Source: an uncultured candidate division Zixibacteria bacterium
Lineage (GTDB): Bacteria; Zixibacteria; MSB-5A5; RBG-16-43-9
NCBI GenBank assembly: GCA_963713865.1
Contig: OY970208.1
Coordinates: forward strand, 608,001 to 672,000
Direction of reading: 5' to 3'
DNA: 64,000 bases
The translations under genes and the position numbers were made by a program. The notes beneath the pieces are model-generated. The model did not search any database. It saw only the letters and a program-made list of their open reading frames with translations, and was not told the DNA's origin. Positions 32,019 to 42,523 of this stretch are shown here, in pieces (within the stretch, counting starts at the first letter, position 1; every line of letters starts with the position of its first letter).

Positions 32019-32939
32019 TTATATTCCCCTTAAAATTTCTTGAACTGCCAGCTCAGCCTCAGAAAACAGGAATGTGAACCCTGCTTCCAGCAATCTTATC
32101 GGGGCAACTCGCTGCCCGGTTAAAAGCAGTTCTTCAGCCATCTCGCCCATAAGCAGATGTAACATAAAACTTGGAACTTTTAACCAGCAAGGACGTTTTA
32201 AAACTTTTCCCAAAATTTTGCAGAAATCTTTTTGCCTGAGATGTTCTGGTGCAGTCAGGTTGAATACACCCTGCAAACCTTCCTTCTCCATCAAGAAACG
32301 GATTGCTTTTACTTCATCCTCAAGATGAATCCAGGAAAACCACTGGTTTCCGCTGCCTAATGGTCCACCTGCAAAAAGACGAAACGGGAGTAATAAACGC
32401 GGAAAAGCTCCGCCTTCCTTTCCTAATACGATTCCGGTGCGAATGATTATACGACGAACACCTGAAGACTCAACTTCCTCTGAACAAGCTTCCCAGCTTT
32501 GAGCTACATCCGGCAAAAATCCTTTCCCGGGCGAGGATGTCTCGTCAACTATATCATCTAAACGTGAACCGTAATACCCTATGGCAGAAGCCTGGATAAC
32601 TACATTTGGTTTTTTCTGGACTTGTCTTACCGCTTCAACTACTGCTTTTCCTGCATTTAGTCTGCTTTCAAGTATAGACTGCTTTTTTTCTCTCGTCCAT
32701 CTACCTGCACCTATGTTCTCCCCGGTTAAGTTGATAATGGCATAAGCTCCTTCAACCTGAGCAGCCCATCCCTTGGCTGTCTTACCGTCCCATTCGGCTA
32801 CAGTAATCCCCTGTCCAAAAACTTCGCTGGCCTTCTTAGCACTTCGAGAAAGAGCTATAACCTCATAGCCAGCCTCAACCAGGTGATTGCTCAAGGCTTT
32901 TCCAATAAAACCAGTTGCCCCGGTAATAATTATTTTCAT
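32019..32939 (-). CDS. TIGR01777 family oxidoreductase/epimerase
   Basis: GATGFIG, INLTGENI…RWT and GSGNQWFSWIH. Confidence 0.9.
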   Translation of the reverse strand: MKIIITGATGFIGKALSNHLVEAGYEVIALSRSAKKASEVFGQGITVAEWDGKTAKGWAAQVEGAYAIINLTGENIGAGRWTREKKQSILESRLNAGKAVVEAVRQVQKKPNVVIQASAIGYYGSRLDDIVDETSSPGKGFLPDVAQSWEACSEEVESSGVRRIIIRTGIVLGKEGGAFPRLLLPFRLFAGGPLGSGNQWFSWIHLEDEVKAIRFLMEKEGLQGVFNLTAPEHLRQKDFCKILGKVLKRPCWLKVPSFMLHLLMGEMAEELLLTGQRVAPIRLLEAGFTFLFSEAELAVQEILRGI

Positions 32940-32967
32940 TACTATTAATTACTCTTAGATTTTTCTA

Positions 32968-33402
32968 TCAAAATTTTGTTATTTCCCAGTTCTCGATCTT
33001 TCCTTCTGTAATCCTGAATAGAGGATGAGATTCAATGTCTCTGATAAACAGTATCTCTTTATATTTACGGGAATTCCTCTTTTTTAATTTATCCCGGAGA
33101 AGGTTAAATTCGTACCTAAGCTGACCTTCCGTCACCTTTATCTTCTTGATTTTCCCTATTTTCCCAATCTTTTCGCAGTTAAAATCATATCCTCTTTTTC
33201 TCGATTCTCTCCATACTTCCATAAGGTAACTTGAAATTGCTATTAAAGGATATGGATGGTCTTTAAATCTCGGAAGCTGAGAATGATTTTTATACCCTTT
33301 CGTTTTTCCTTGCAAAACCTTTTGGGCTAATAAAGATTCTCTCCATAGTGCTAAAATACCAGTTCTATCTAAATACTTAGGATGAATGCTCCACAATCTC
33401 AA
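32968..33402 (-). CDS. Pyrimidine-dimer DNA glycosylase/endonuclease V family protein
   Basis: RLWSIHPKYLD…ALWRESLLAQKVL…GYKNH. TTG start overlaps the TspO stop. Confidence 0.85.
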   Translation of the reverse strand: MRLWSIHPKYLDRTGILALWRESLLAQKVLQGKTKGYKNHSQLPRFKDHPYPLIAISSYLMEVWRESRKRGYDFNCEKIGKIGKIKKIKVTEGQLRYEFNLLRDKLKKRNSRKYKEILFIRDIESHPLFRITEGKIENWEITKF

Positions 33403-33885
33403 GGGTTGAGTCTCCAAATACTAAAATTCAGAACTGCGGCAAAACTCACCCAGAGGATATAGGGCAAAAGCAAAATACCAGCTATCTTTGAAACTTTGAA
33501 GAAATAAATGATAGTCAGCAGAATGAAGAAACAAAGTAAAATGATTTCGACAAATCCCAGAAAGGGGGATTTGAGTCCGAAAAACAACACCGACCAGATG
33601 GAGTTCAGGATCAACTGGATAATGAAAAACCGGAGAGCCAGATTAACCCGGGGATTTTCTGTTCCTTTTCGCCAGAACCAGATAGGCTGATATACCCATC
33701 AGAAAATAAAGGCTAATCCACACTGGAGCAAAGACCCAGTCAGGAGGGGTAAAAGAAGGTTTGACCAAAGTTGCATACCAGGTCGGTATCGCAGGAGTGG
33801 TGAAAATGGAACCGATAAAACCCGCAAACTGGCAGACGATTATACTTAAAAACAACTTCAGAATCTCTTTTAAATTGATTTTCAC
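33399..33885 (-). CDS. TspO/MBR family protein; apparent 1-nt frameshift at 33672-33678
   Basis: WYATLVKPSFTPPDWVFAPVW joins LNSIWSVLFFG…PYILWVSFA. Confidence 0.82.
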
Positions 33886-33965
33886 AATCTAATTCTCCTA
33901 TAAAAATTTATACTTATCTGTTCCGATAAATAGAAAATATATCTTTATTGAGATTTTTGATATAT

Positions 33966-34802
33966 TCACCAGCTTAAATAATATTTAGTTTTTTCTGAAG
34001 TTTTTTCATAATTCTTTTCATTTTGCTTGAAAATATCCTCAACTTTATCATAATCGAATTTTACCCCTACCCTGCTGCATAACTTCAAAAGCTCATTTCT
34101 GATAACTCTGGCTTGTTTTATTGTTTTAACAGGCTCTAAATACGGCTTTTTAATTAGTTTTAGATATTTAGATTCAGGAACTATTTTATTCTCAAGATAG
34201 TAGAAAAGCCATTTAGATGTAAAGGGCTGAAATTTCCTGTTTTTAGCATAAATCCATAAAATCAAACTCTCGGTACCACGAATCAGGGAGTCAGCCAGAT
34301 TTATAATATCCCCTCTTTTTTCCCAGGTTTCAAAATTATATTTTAGATTAAATTCCACTTCCTGCCTATGTTTTTCTAAAAGTGTCCTCTGCTCCCTATG
34401 AGGGAAGATAAGCTTTTCCTTGAATAGATCTTTTATCCTCCCCTTTGTATCAAACAGTACCAGGGCATTCCCAATTTCCCATCTTTGAACTTGAGACCAG
34501 TATCTGGATGGTACTTTATAGTTCAGTGCTTTTTGATACGATTCAACCGGAGTATCCAATTCAATATCTTTGTATCTTAAATAACCTACAGCAATATACT
34601 TTTTTATCTCTTTAACTTTTTCTTCTTCAGCATAAACTATCAAGTCTAAATCAGAATAATCATCACAGTAACCTCGTCCTATTCCTCCAGTTGCTGCTAT
34701 TCCCACGACTCCTTCGATTTTTGAAATTTTCCTGGAGATTATTTTAGCGGCTGATAAAAACTCCCTATATCGATTTTTACCTTTATAGATAACTTTGTTC
34801 AT
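33966..34802 (-). CDS. Pol-beta-like nucleotidyltransferase (DUF4037-type)
   Basis: TGGIGRGYCDDYSDLDL. Confidence 0.75.
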   Translation of the reverse strand: MNKVIYKGKNRYREFLSAAKIISRKISKIEGVVGIAATGGIGRGYCDDYSDLDLIVYAEEEKVKEIKKYIAVGYLRYKDIELDTPVESYQKALNYKVPSRYWSQVQRWEIGNALVLFDTKGRIKDLFKEKLIFPHREQRTLLEKHRQEVEFNLKYNFETWEKRGDIINLADSLIRGTESLILWIYAKNRKFQPFTSKWLFYYLENKIVPESKYLKLIKKPYLEPVKTIKQARVIRNELLKLCSRVGVKFDYDKVEDIFKQNEKNYEKTSEKTKYYLSW

Positions 34803-35225
34803 AAATTACTTTGAAATATTTATGGAGTGCCTTGACCATCTCAATATTGGGATAAGGATTGTACCCCTGTCACTTTTTACCTGACCGAAGCTCCAGTTAT
34901 CCACCTTTATTGCTATAATCTAAATTATCCTGAACTCATATTCCTCCGGGCGCACTGGAGTGTAAACCTTCAGGTTTACCCTGCTATATGTTCTGAATGT
35001 AGCTGCCCAATTCATTAGACATTTGAATTTCGGTAGGTCAAACATTCCTGTGGCTACGAGCCCGCCCGCCCGTAGGGCGCCAGGCTTTGCTCTCTGACCT
35101 TGGTGAACAGACAGAGATGTCTGTTCTACCGTTTTTTCTCTGGAGTGCATTAACCGTGTTAATGCTGGGATAGGGGTTGTACCTCTATCCCTCTCATTCA
35201 CCATTTTTCCCCTACCCGGGCAAAA

Positions 35226-35807
35226 CTAAAGTTTTGCACTCCATAATTTTCTTCCCAGATCAAAAGCCTCCTGCATTATCTTTTTATTTTCTTTCACCTT
35301 CCCTTTTTCAAAGTAATTATGTGCATACAAAATCTTATCAACATATTTTACATTCGCCCATTTAAAGAAACCCAAGAGAGTTATCAGGGCATAATCGAAC
35401 CTCTGCTTCTCGCTGGCAACCAAGATTATTATACCCTTTCTTTTCTTTTTTAATCTTGATTTGAAAATATATTTATTGTTTTTCTTCACCATCGGAGTCA
35501 AACAATTGCATCTATCTAAAAATAGCTTCGTCTGCGCAGAGACCGTGTCAAAATATACTGGTGAGCCTAAAACTAAAACATCTGAGCCTTTTAGTTTAGC
35601 ATAGACTTCTTCCATATCATCTTTGATAAAGCAGAATCTCGGCTCCGGGTTCTTGCCACAGGACTTGCAGGGGGAAATATCTAATTTATCTAAATACAAA
35701 CTCTCGGTTTTAGCCCCTTTACTTTGTGCTCCATCTAAAACCTGTTTAATTAATAAATCCACATTCCCGTTTTTAATCGGGCTGCCTGTGATTCCCAAGA
35801 CTTTCAT
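35226..35807 (-). CDS. Flavodoxin family (iron-sulfur flavoprotein)
   Basis: GITGSP, PCKSC…C…DDM and GSPVYF. Confidence 0.85.
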   Translation of the reverse strand: MKVLGITGSPIKNGNVDLLIKQVLDGAQSKGAKTESLYLDKLDISPCKSCGKNPEPRFCFIKDDMEEVYAKLKGSDVLVLGSPVYFDTVSAQTKLFLDRCNCLTPMVKKNNKYIFKSRLKKKRKGIIILVASEKQRFDYALITLLGFFKWANVKYVDKILYAHNYFEKGKVKENKKIMQEAFDLGRKLWSAKL

Positions 35808-35885
35808 ATTTTCTTTTTGTAAAAATGTAGAGACGCATTGCCATGCGTCTCTACACACTTTTCCCTCAAACCTATCTCCTGATAC

Positions 35886-35990
35886 CTACTTCGAGATCTT
35901 TTTCATCGGAGCCCCGCAGCATTTCCCTGCTTTGCTGGAGGTATAACCACACTTTGGACACTTGTAGCTTGCTTTCTTTTTGGCTGGCAT
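35886..35990 (-). CDS. 34-aa Cys-rich metal-binding peptide (not in ORF track)
   Basis: MPAKKKASYKCPKCGYTSSKAGKCCGAPMKKISK*, preceded by RBS AAAGGAGGTG. Confidence 0.65.
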   Translation of the reverse strand: MPAKKKASYKCPKCGYTSSKAGKCCGAPMKKISK

Positions 35991-36267
35991 CTTTTTCACC
36001 TCCTTTGATGCAGGACTGGGAGTCCTGCCTTAGTAAACTCCTAAATTTTATTCATTGCCACGGGAGTGGCAACGCTATACTTACTTTCCCTCCCTTGAGG
36101 GGAGGAATAAAGGGAGGGTGAAGCAATTCTTATTTACCCCTCTCCTTAATCCTCTCCTCTACGAGCCGTAATGCTTTTATCGGCCACAAGGGGAGAGGAA
36201 CTTCGAAAGAACAACAGAATCTAATTTTTATAGCTTAGCAAAATCTTTTATTTTTCAAAGATCTTTC

Positions 36268-37005
36268 TTAAATTTTTTGAGAAAGAACAATCGTCCTGGG
36301 AGAATTGACTGTATAAGGGGATTTATCCTTTCTCCCATAGGTTTCTATAATTTTTAATCCGACTTTTTCTAAAAGATAGTTCACTTCCTCAAGGGTATAG
36401 AGCCGGACTTCAAACCAGCTTGACTTCTCACCCTTTTTGTCCAGAATAGTTATGTAATTTTTTATCCGCCCGGTCTTTAAATCCCAGCTCCTCTCTTCTA
36501 AAACTAAGGTCCCATCCTCTAATCTCTCCCAGTCTTTTGCCTGAAAATTTTTAACCATGATGTCCCGGTTCATAATCTCCAGAAGAAATTTACCCTCCTT
36601 TTTCAAGGCTCTGGATACTCCTCTTAATACCTCGAAATTCTCTTCGTCTGAGAAAAATCCAAAGCTGGTAAAATAGGAAATTACTCCGGTAAAATGGTTT
36701 TCAAAGGGGATTTTCCTCATATCCCCGACTAAAAACTCAATCTGCAGATTTTCCTTTTGCGCCTTTTCTTCCGCCATCCGGATGAACTTCTCAGTATAAT
36801 CCAGGCCGGTCATATCATAACCTTTTTTGGCTAAAGGGATAGTATGCCTTCCAAAACCGCAAGCCAAGTCTAAAATCTTGCTTCCGAGGGGTAGATTTAA
36901 AACCTCTGTTATGAAATCGACCTCTGCTTTAGTCCTCTCCTCAGTTAGAAAAGGCAAATATACCTGCAAGTAATCCTCTTTAAAAAACTCATCATACCAG
37001 GACAT
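36268..37005 (-). CDS. Class I SAM-dependent methyltransferase
   Basis: ILDLACGFGRH, GDMR and FTSFGFF. Confidence 0.88.
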   Translation of the reverse strand: MSWYDEFFKEDYLQVYLPFLTEERTKAEVDFITEVLNLPLGSKILDLACGFGRHTIPLAKKGYDMTGLDYTEKFIRMAEEKAQKENLQIEFLVGDMRKIPFENHFTGVISYFTSFGFFSDEENFEVLRGVSRALKKEGKFLLEIMNRDIMVKNFQAKDWERLEDGTLVLEERSWDLKTGRIKNYITILDKKGEKSSWFEVRLYTLEEVNYLLEKVGLKIIETYGRKDKSPYTVNSPRTIVLSQKI

Positions 37006-37073
37006 AATTTTTTGCTCAATCCGTTAAACCGTTTTAGTGCCTGCCAGGTCCCCTGACCTAGCGGGAGAAATTT

Positions 37074-37574
37074 TTAATTTGTCAACCCTATCTCCACCTT
37101 TTCAGATTTTAAAGGCGGAATCGTATTCAAAACCCCTTCAATGTAATATCTCCCGCCTAAAACCCATTTTCTCTGGTTATCTTTAGCATCCCATTCGGCT
37201 TTGAAAGTCCAGACCTCTTCAGGATAGATGGAAAGCTTAATTGCAGTTTTATCGAATATTTTATCATAAGACCATTTCCAGACCTCAAACCCCTTTTTAT
37301 AAATTACAAAATCGAAAAGCTGATTTGTGGTAAAATTTAATTTCACCACATCCTCTGAGATATTTTCTATCTCTAATTTTAAATCCACCGGACCACCTAA
37401 GGGGTAACCCCTATCCTGAGTCAAAACCCGAACCTTTATCTTTTTGAAAAAACTCTCCTCTGGAGGGTTAGGTTCCTCTGGGTGATAAAGTGGAGCACAT
37501 CCAGAGAATAACAGTAAAAATAATAAAATACAAATCCTATAACCTTTGAGCAACCTCTCCTCCTGTATTTTCAA
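37074..37574 (-). CDS. Lipoprotein with BsuPI (intracellular proteinase inhibitor-like) domain
   Basis: FSGC lipobox and FTTNQLFDFVI…VWKWS…F. Confidence 0.7.
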   Translation of the reverse strand: MKIQEERLLKGYRICILLFLLLFSGCAPLYHPEEPNPPEESFFKKIKVRVLTQDRGYPLGGPVDLKLEIENISEDVVKLNFTTNQLFDFVIYKKGFEVWKWSYDKIFDKTAIKLSIYPEEVWTFKAEWDAKDNQRKWVLGGRYYIEGVLNTIPPLKSEKVEIGLTN

Positions 37575-39666
37575 AATACTCCAAATCCTTTTTCCGGCTT
37601 TTGGAAATTACCATCTCCAAGATAAGTAAACTCAGGGCCAGCCACAAGAAATTTTTTCTCAACTCTTTACCATATCTGGTTTTCAAAACCTCTTTTTCTA
37701 AATCCTGATCAGGCTCTATAAAAAATATGTTATCCTTCTCTTTAATCTCCTTTCTTAGTTCTGTCTCTTTTAAAGGCTCTAAATCTGAATCTTTGGGGTC
37801 AAGATTTACTGCCAACTGGTCTAAAAGATTATCTCCGGATTGAAGTTTATAGATGCCTGGTGTCCCTAAACCGTCTAATTTCAAAATAAGTTTATCTTTG
37901 TTCTGCTCAGGATTTAAAGCAACCTTAAGGTTTTCCGGGTCTAATAGCTCTATCTTCTCTGCTTTTTTTAAATCATACTCCTTTCTGATTTTCTCCCTGA
38001 CTGAATACTGTTCTGAGGTAAAAAGACTGGAGGCAAGATACTCAACTGAGCGGCGGATTAAAGGGACAAAAAGGGTGTGCTCCCCGAAATCCGAGAATTC
38101 GGGGTCATAGGAACTTAAAAAAGCTAAGACCTTTCCTGAACCAGAAATATTCTCTACCAAGGCTGAGGCTCCATTGCTGAAACTTGCCAGTATTTTGATC
38201 TTCTTTCCGGGAGTTATCTCATTTATGGAGAAAAACTTTATCTGTGGGAATTTGGTTTTATCCAGACTCTTATAAGATTGAAACACAGGATGAAGCAGGT
38301 CTATTTTTCCCAGGGTTAAAAACCCTTCCCCTTTCCCTGAAACCTCTTTTCTCCCCTTATAAGTTGAATTGAGATACTTCTGGCAGATTTGCGAATGTAT
38401 CTCCTTTTCTCCATCTCCCAGGAAAAAGAAAACCCCTCCACCTGAATTAATAAATTCATCTAATCTCGATAGATCCTCTGATTTTAACCCATTGTAATCA
38501 GAGAAGATTATCGCCTTATAATTTATAAGGTTTGACCTGGAGAAAGATTTGGGATCAAGCCGGGTAACTTCAATCCCTCTGCTCTCTTCAGTCTTCGGAT
38601 TCAGGGCTAATCTTAGATATTTTTCTTTTTCGCTTTTACTTTCCACTAAAAGGACTTCAATTTTTTCCGGGAGGTTGAAGGTAAAAAATCTTTTGTTGTC
38701 TGCTAAAAGATTATCATCGGAGAGCTCCAGATAGCCTGAATGAACTCCTGACTCCTTAACCACCTGCCTGAAACTGATTTCTTTCTCCTCTCTTTCTTTT
38801 AAATCCACACCTGCCTGGCTTACCCTTTTTCCATCCAAATACAGGCTCAGAAGCAAGTTTTGAGCCGGCTTCTGGCTGTAATTTGTAACCACCCCTTTTA
38901 TCTCAAAAGGTGTTTCCTTCTCCAAAATCCTTTCTGGAAGCTCAGCTTTTTTTATACACCAGTTTTCCTTCTCTTCCTCTGACAATCTGATTATAAAAAG
39001 TTTAATCCCTTTATCTTTAAACGCAGGACTCCATTTTTTCAGAGGGTAAATCTCATCTGACTCTAAATCTGTAATTAAATATATCTCCCGGTTCTCATTT
39101 TTAGCTTGGTTCAGGAGGTCAAATCCCGAGTTTAAAGCTTTGTCAAAATCTGCCGGCTCAAAGGAAAGTCCCGTTTCCCTGATGCCTTTGACTAATAGAG
39201 AAGAGTCAAACGTAGGATGTGACAAATAAAGCGTCGGCTTTGAACTGTAAGTAATCAAATACAGCTCATCCCCCTCTCTAAAAATTTTTAAAATCTCCTC
39301 ACCTTTTTTCAAGGCTAAACTTAAAAGATTCCCCTTCTTGGTCTCATATCCCATCCGATAGGAGTTATCCATCAACAAAAGGATTGTGCTTTTAGATTCA
39401 GCTCCCAATCTGGAGGCAGGCCCGGTCCTGGAGCTTGGTCGGGCAAAAGCCAAAACCACAAAAAAGATTATCGAGGAGCGAATCAAGAGGAGAAGAAGAT
39501 TTTTAATTTTTATCGCCCGTAGGGTGCTTTTTTCTAACGATTTCAAAAATATCAAAGAAGAGAATTCGATCTTTTTGACCCTCTGTCTGCTGAAAAGATG
39601 GATTAAAACTGGCAGGGCGATAGCTAAAAGAGCCCAGAGTAAGGTGGGATTAAGAAAGCTAAACAT
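37537..39666 (-). CDS. BatA/VWA domain protein
   Basis: MFSFLNP…PVLIHL…FSSLIFL…LAFARP, DNS and LLADN.RF. Confidence 0.88.
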   Translation of the reverse strand: MFSFLNPTLLWALLAIALPVLIHLFSRQRVKKIEFSSLIFLKSLEKSTLRAIKIKNLLLLLIRSSIIFFVVLAFARPSSRTGPASRLGAESKSTILLLMDNSYRMGYETKKGNLLSLALKKGEEILKIFREGDELYLITYSSKPTLYLSHPTFDSSLLVKGIRETGLSFEPADFDKALNSGFDLLNQAKNENREIYLITDLESDEIYPLKKWSPAFKDKGIKLFIIRLSEEEKENWCIKKAELPERILEKETPFEIKGVVTNYSQKPAQNLLLSLYLDGKRVSQAGVDLKEREEKEISFRQVVKESGVHSGYLELSDDNLLADNKRFFTFNLPEKIEVLLVESKSEKEKYLRLALNPKTEESRGIEVTRLDPKSFSRSNLINYKAIIFSDYNGLKSEDLSRLDEFINSGGGVFFFLGDGEKEIHSQICQKYLNSTYKGRKEVSGKGEGFLTLGKIDLLHPVFQSYKSLDKTKFPQIKFFSINEITPGKKIKILASFSNGASALVENISGSGKVLAFLSSYDPEFSDFGEHTLFVPLIRRSVEYLASSLFTSEQYSVREKIRKEYDLKKAEKIELLDPENLKVALNPEQNKDKLILKLDGLGTPGIYKLQSGDNLLDQLAVNLDPKDSDLEPLKETELRKEIKEKDNIFFIEPDQDLEKEVLKTRYGKELRKNFLWLALSLLILEMVISKSRKKDLEYFENTGGEVAQRL

Positions 39667-39668
39667 TA

Positions 39669-41579
39669 TTATTCTGCCTGCTTAATTTTTTCTAAAGCTA
39701 AAGCTCTCTCTTTGAAACCGGATGGGATATTTAAAACCTGCTGGTAATAATCTTTTGCCAACTTTTTGTCCCCCTTTAATTCATAAGCCTCTCCTAACTT
39801 GAGGAAGATCCTGCCTAAATAAGCGGGCCTATCTTCCAGGAACTCAGCGGTCTTAAGGGGAACAAAGCTTGAGTCTATTTCTCCTAAAGATATATAAGCT
39901 TCTCCGATCTTCAGATAAGGATAAGCATAGGCAGTCCCTTTGGTAGATAGATAATAGTTGGAAAACTGTAAAATTGAGTCTAAAGATGCTTGGGCTTTTA
40001 TGGTGTCTTTTTCCAGAGAATAGACTTTACTCAGGCCAGAATATATTTCCACCCAGTCCAGGATTGCTGGATTTAACTTCTTTGCCTTTTCAAAACTTTC
40101 CTTGGCTTTATTCAAATCCCCTTCATCTAAATAGAGCTCCCCTGATTTGATCTGGGGAGAAGAGTAGTTAGTATCCAGGTTTATAGCTTTCTGGTATTCT
40201 GCCCTAGCTGAGTCTTTTTCCCCCTGCAGGTAAAAGAGATTACCCCGGATGAAATGGTTCCCTGCATTCAGCGAATCGATTATAGACATCTGCTTATAAA
40301 TCTTTTCTGCTTCTTTATAATCTCCCACAGAAGAGTAAGCTCCTCCGATCTTATCTAAGACCCTGAGTATTTCTTCTCTTTTTAAAGAAGAGCCATAGAA
40401 ATTTAAAAGGTCTTCTAATAGATTTGCCCCTTCAGCATAATATCTGTAATTCAGTCTTCTATCTGCGGCTACTTCTAACTCATCCATATTATTTGGCTCA
40501 TATCGATCTAAAAAAGATAGCCACTCCTTTTCCATCTGAGAGAGGGTTTTAGAATAAATCTCCTCAAAAGTTTTATCAAAACTAAGATCCGTTACCTGAG
40601 AGTAGAACCTTTTAAAGTTATCCATATTATAGGAATCGATCAAGAATCTGATAAAGGAGGATGCTTCGGGTAAAGCAATATTCAACGGAGCTTTTCTATA
40701 ATCTGAGCTTATTATGAGGTCAGATAAGGGTATAATCGAGCCGCTATCTTTAAGCTTTTTAGCGTAATAATGACTTATCCCGAAATAGCCTGAGGTACCT
40801 TCAACTACCAATGCAGGGGCATACCCCCAGAACTCATACAGAAGTAAAAGCAGAGGTCCGGGGAAATCTACGCTTTCTTTTTCCTTATCAAACAGCACGT
40901 AGATTTTATGTTTGTTTGGATCCAAGCTTAAGTTCAGCCTTTGATCCCAGATCGCCTCTGGAATCTGACACGGGCAGATGAAGTAGTCGATTTTCAGGGT
41001 CTGGGGGTAGGAGAACTTGAAGAAATTCCTTATCTTCCTGTAATCTAATTCTAAATAGTTTTTATTCATATTCCAGAAAAAATCTGCCAGGGAGTTTTCC
41101 ATATATGTAAAAGCGAAGTGCACACTCTTGTTATAAAGCCATAAGCTATCAGTTAAATGGTAATCGCACAAATCCTCTTTCTCTACATATCTTTTGGGAG
41201 TAAGCTCCAGACTGAATACTCGCCCCTTTTTCAATTTGATATCTTTTATCGAATAGGTGTGACCCATCCCTATAAGAAAATCTTTGAAAATCCTCTCCAC
41301 CTCCGGGGCTAAGGTGAACAGGTTCAGATTCAATTTCAGACTCGTACTGTCAACTTCCTGAAAGCTTAAATTCAGGCTGAAATTCCCCATAAAAAGGGTA
41401 GAGGTAATCCCTTCCTTAACCTCTATCTCCCTTTCATCTACGGTCTTAAAAGAAAGGGAATCCCCTGTAACCCCCTCTTTTAAATCCAGACCTATTTGAA
41501 GATAAGTCGAAGCCAGAACATTGGACCAGCCCAGAATTAAAATAAAAAAAAGTGAAAAGAGTATGTTTTTGATTTTCAT
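39669..41579 (-). CDS. Secreted TPR protein
   Basis: Signal peptide and multiple C-terminal TPRs. Confidence 0.75.
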   Translation of the reverse strand: MKIKNILFSLFFILILGWSNVLASTYLQIGLDLKEGVTGDSLSFKTVDEREIEVKEGITSTLFMGNFSLNLSFQEVDSTSLKLNLNLFTLAPEVERIFKDFLIGMGHTYSIKDIKLKKGRVFSLELTPKRYVEKEDLCDYHLTDSLWLYNKSVHFAFTYMENSLADFFWNMNKNYLELDYRKIRNFFKFSYPQTLKIDYFICPCQIPEAIWDQRLNLSLDPNKHKIYVLFDKEKESVDFPGPLLLLLYEFWGYAPALVVEGTSGYFGISHYYAKKLKDSGSIIPLSDLIISSDYRKAPLNIALPEASSFIRFLIDSYNMDNFKRFYSQVTDLSFDKTFEEIYSKTLSQMEKEWLSFLDRYEPNNMDELEVAADRRLNYRYYAEGANLLEDLLNFYGSSLKREEILRVLDKIGGAYSSVGDYKEAEKIYKQMSIIDSLNAGNHFIRGNLFYLQGEKDSARAEYQKAINLDTNYSSPQIKSGELYLDEGDLNKAKESFEKAKKLNPAILDWVEIYSGLSKVYSLEKDTIKAQASLDSILQFSNYYLSTKGTAYAYPYLKIGEAYISLGEIDSSFVPLKTAEFLEDRPAYLGRIFLKLGEAYELKGDKKLAKDYYQQVLNIPSGFKERALALEKIKQAE

Positions 41580-41583
41580 AATT

Positions 41584-42423
41584 TTATCCTTTATATAAAT
41601 TTCTTAAGGTAGCTAAGTTTTTCTCATCCATATCTTCTTCTTTGGGGGTCTCCAATATTTTGGGAACCATTTCAAACCTTCTATCATTTAAGATTAGTTT
41701 GAAAGCTTCCAATCCTATAAACCCCTTACCGATATGTTCGTGTCTATCAACCCTGGACCCTAAATCTTTTTTGGAATCATTCATATGGATTACTTTCAAT
41801 CTATTTAAGTTTATGATTTTATTGAATAATTTGAAAGTTTTCTCATAAACTTTTTTATCTCTTATATCGTAACCCGCCTCAAAGGTATGAGCAGTATCAT
41901 AACAGACTCCTAATCTCTCATCCTCTTGAGTTAAATCTATGATCTGAGCTATTTGCTCGAATTTATACCCAATAGTGCTTCCTTGTCCAGCAGTAGTCTC
42001 AAGGCAGATTTTAGTTTTATAGTTTTTGCTTTTTGAATGAACCCAGCTTAAAGAGTCTGCAATCCTTTTAATCCCATCTTTTTCATCCGGATTTGAGCCG
42101 GGATGCATAACTAAATAGGAAAGCCCGATCTTTTCTGAGCGGGTTAATTCCAGGAGTAAAGCTTCTCTGGATTTTCGCAGAAGCTCTTTATCACCTGAGG
42201 CAATATTTATAAGATAAGAATCATGCCCGACTACAGGAACAATCCCTGTCTCCTTCTGAGCCTGCTTGAACTTCTCAATATCTTCTAAAGTAAGCTCTTT
42301 TGCCTTCCACTGATTAGCGCTTTTGGTGAAAATCTGAATTGTTGCACACCCAAGTTCTTTCGCTGAGTAGAGAGAGTTAAAAAAGCCACCTCCGATAGAC
42401 ATATGCGCACCGATTAAAAGCAT
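41584..42423 (-). CDS. nfo: Endonuclease IV
   Basis: GAHMSI, HDSYLIN, LETTAGQG, DTAH and HMNDSK…DRHEHIG. Confidence 0.95.
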   Translation of the reverse strand: MLLIGAHMSIGGGFFNSLYSAKELGCATIQIFTKSANQWKAKELTLEDIEKFKQAQKETGIVPVVGHDSYLINIASGDKELLRKSREALLLELTRSEKIGLSYLVMHPGSNPDEKDGIKRIADSLSWVHSKSKNYKTKICLETTAGQGSTIGYKFEQIAQIIDLTQEDERLGVCYDTAHTFEAGYDIRDKKVYEKTFKLFNKIINLNRLKVIHMNDSKKDLGSRVDRHEHIGKGFIGLEAFKLILNDRRFEMVPKILETPKEEDMDEKNLATLRNLYKG

Positions 42424-42523
42424 AAATTCCCCGTTTTTCTGGAGTGTAAAGCCTCAAGGTCTTGAGATTTCAGCTTTACCTTTGGCAAAACTAAAGTTTT
42501 ACAATCCAATTTTCTTAAACCTC

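Noticed and set aside
34920-35204. 94-aa ORF
   Set aside because: Composed of REP-like repeats, with no protein motif.
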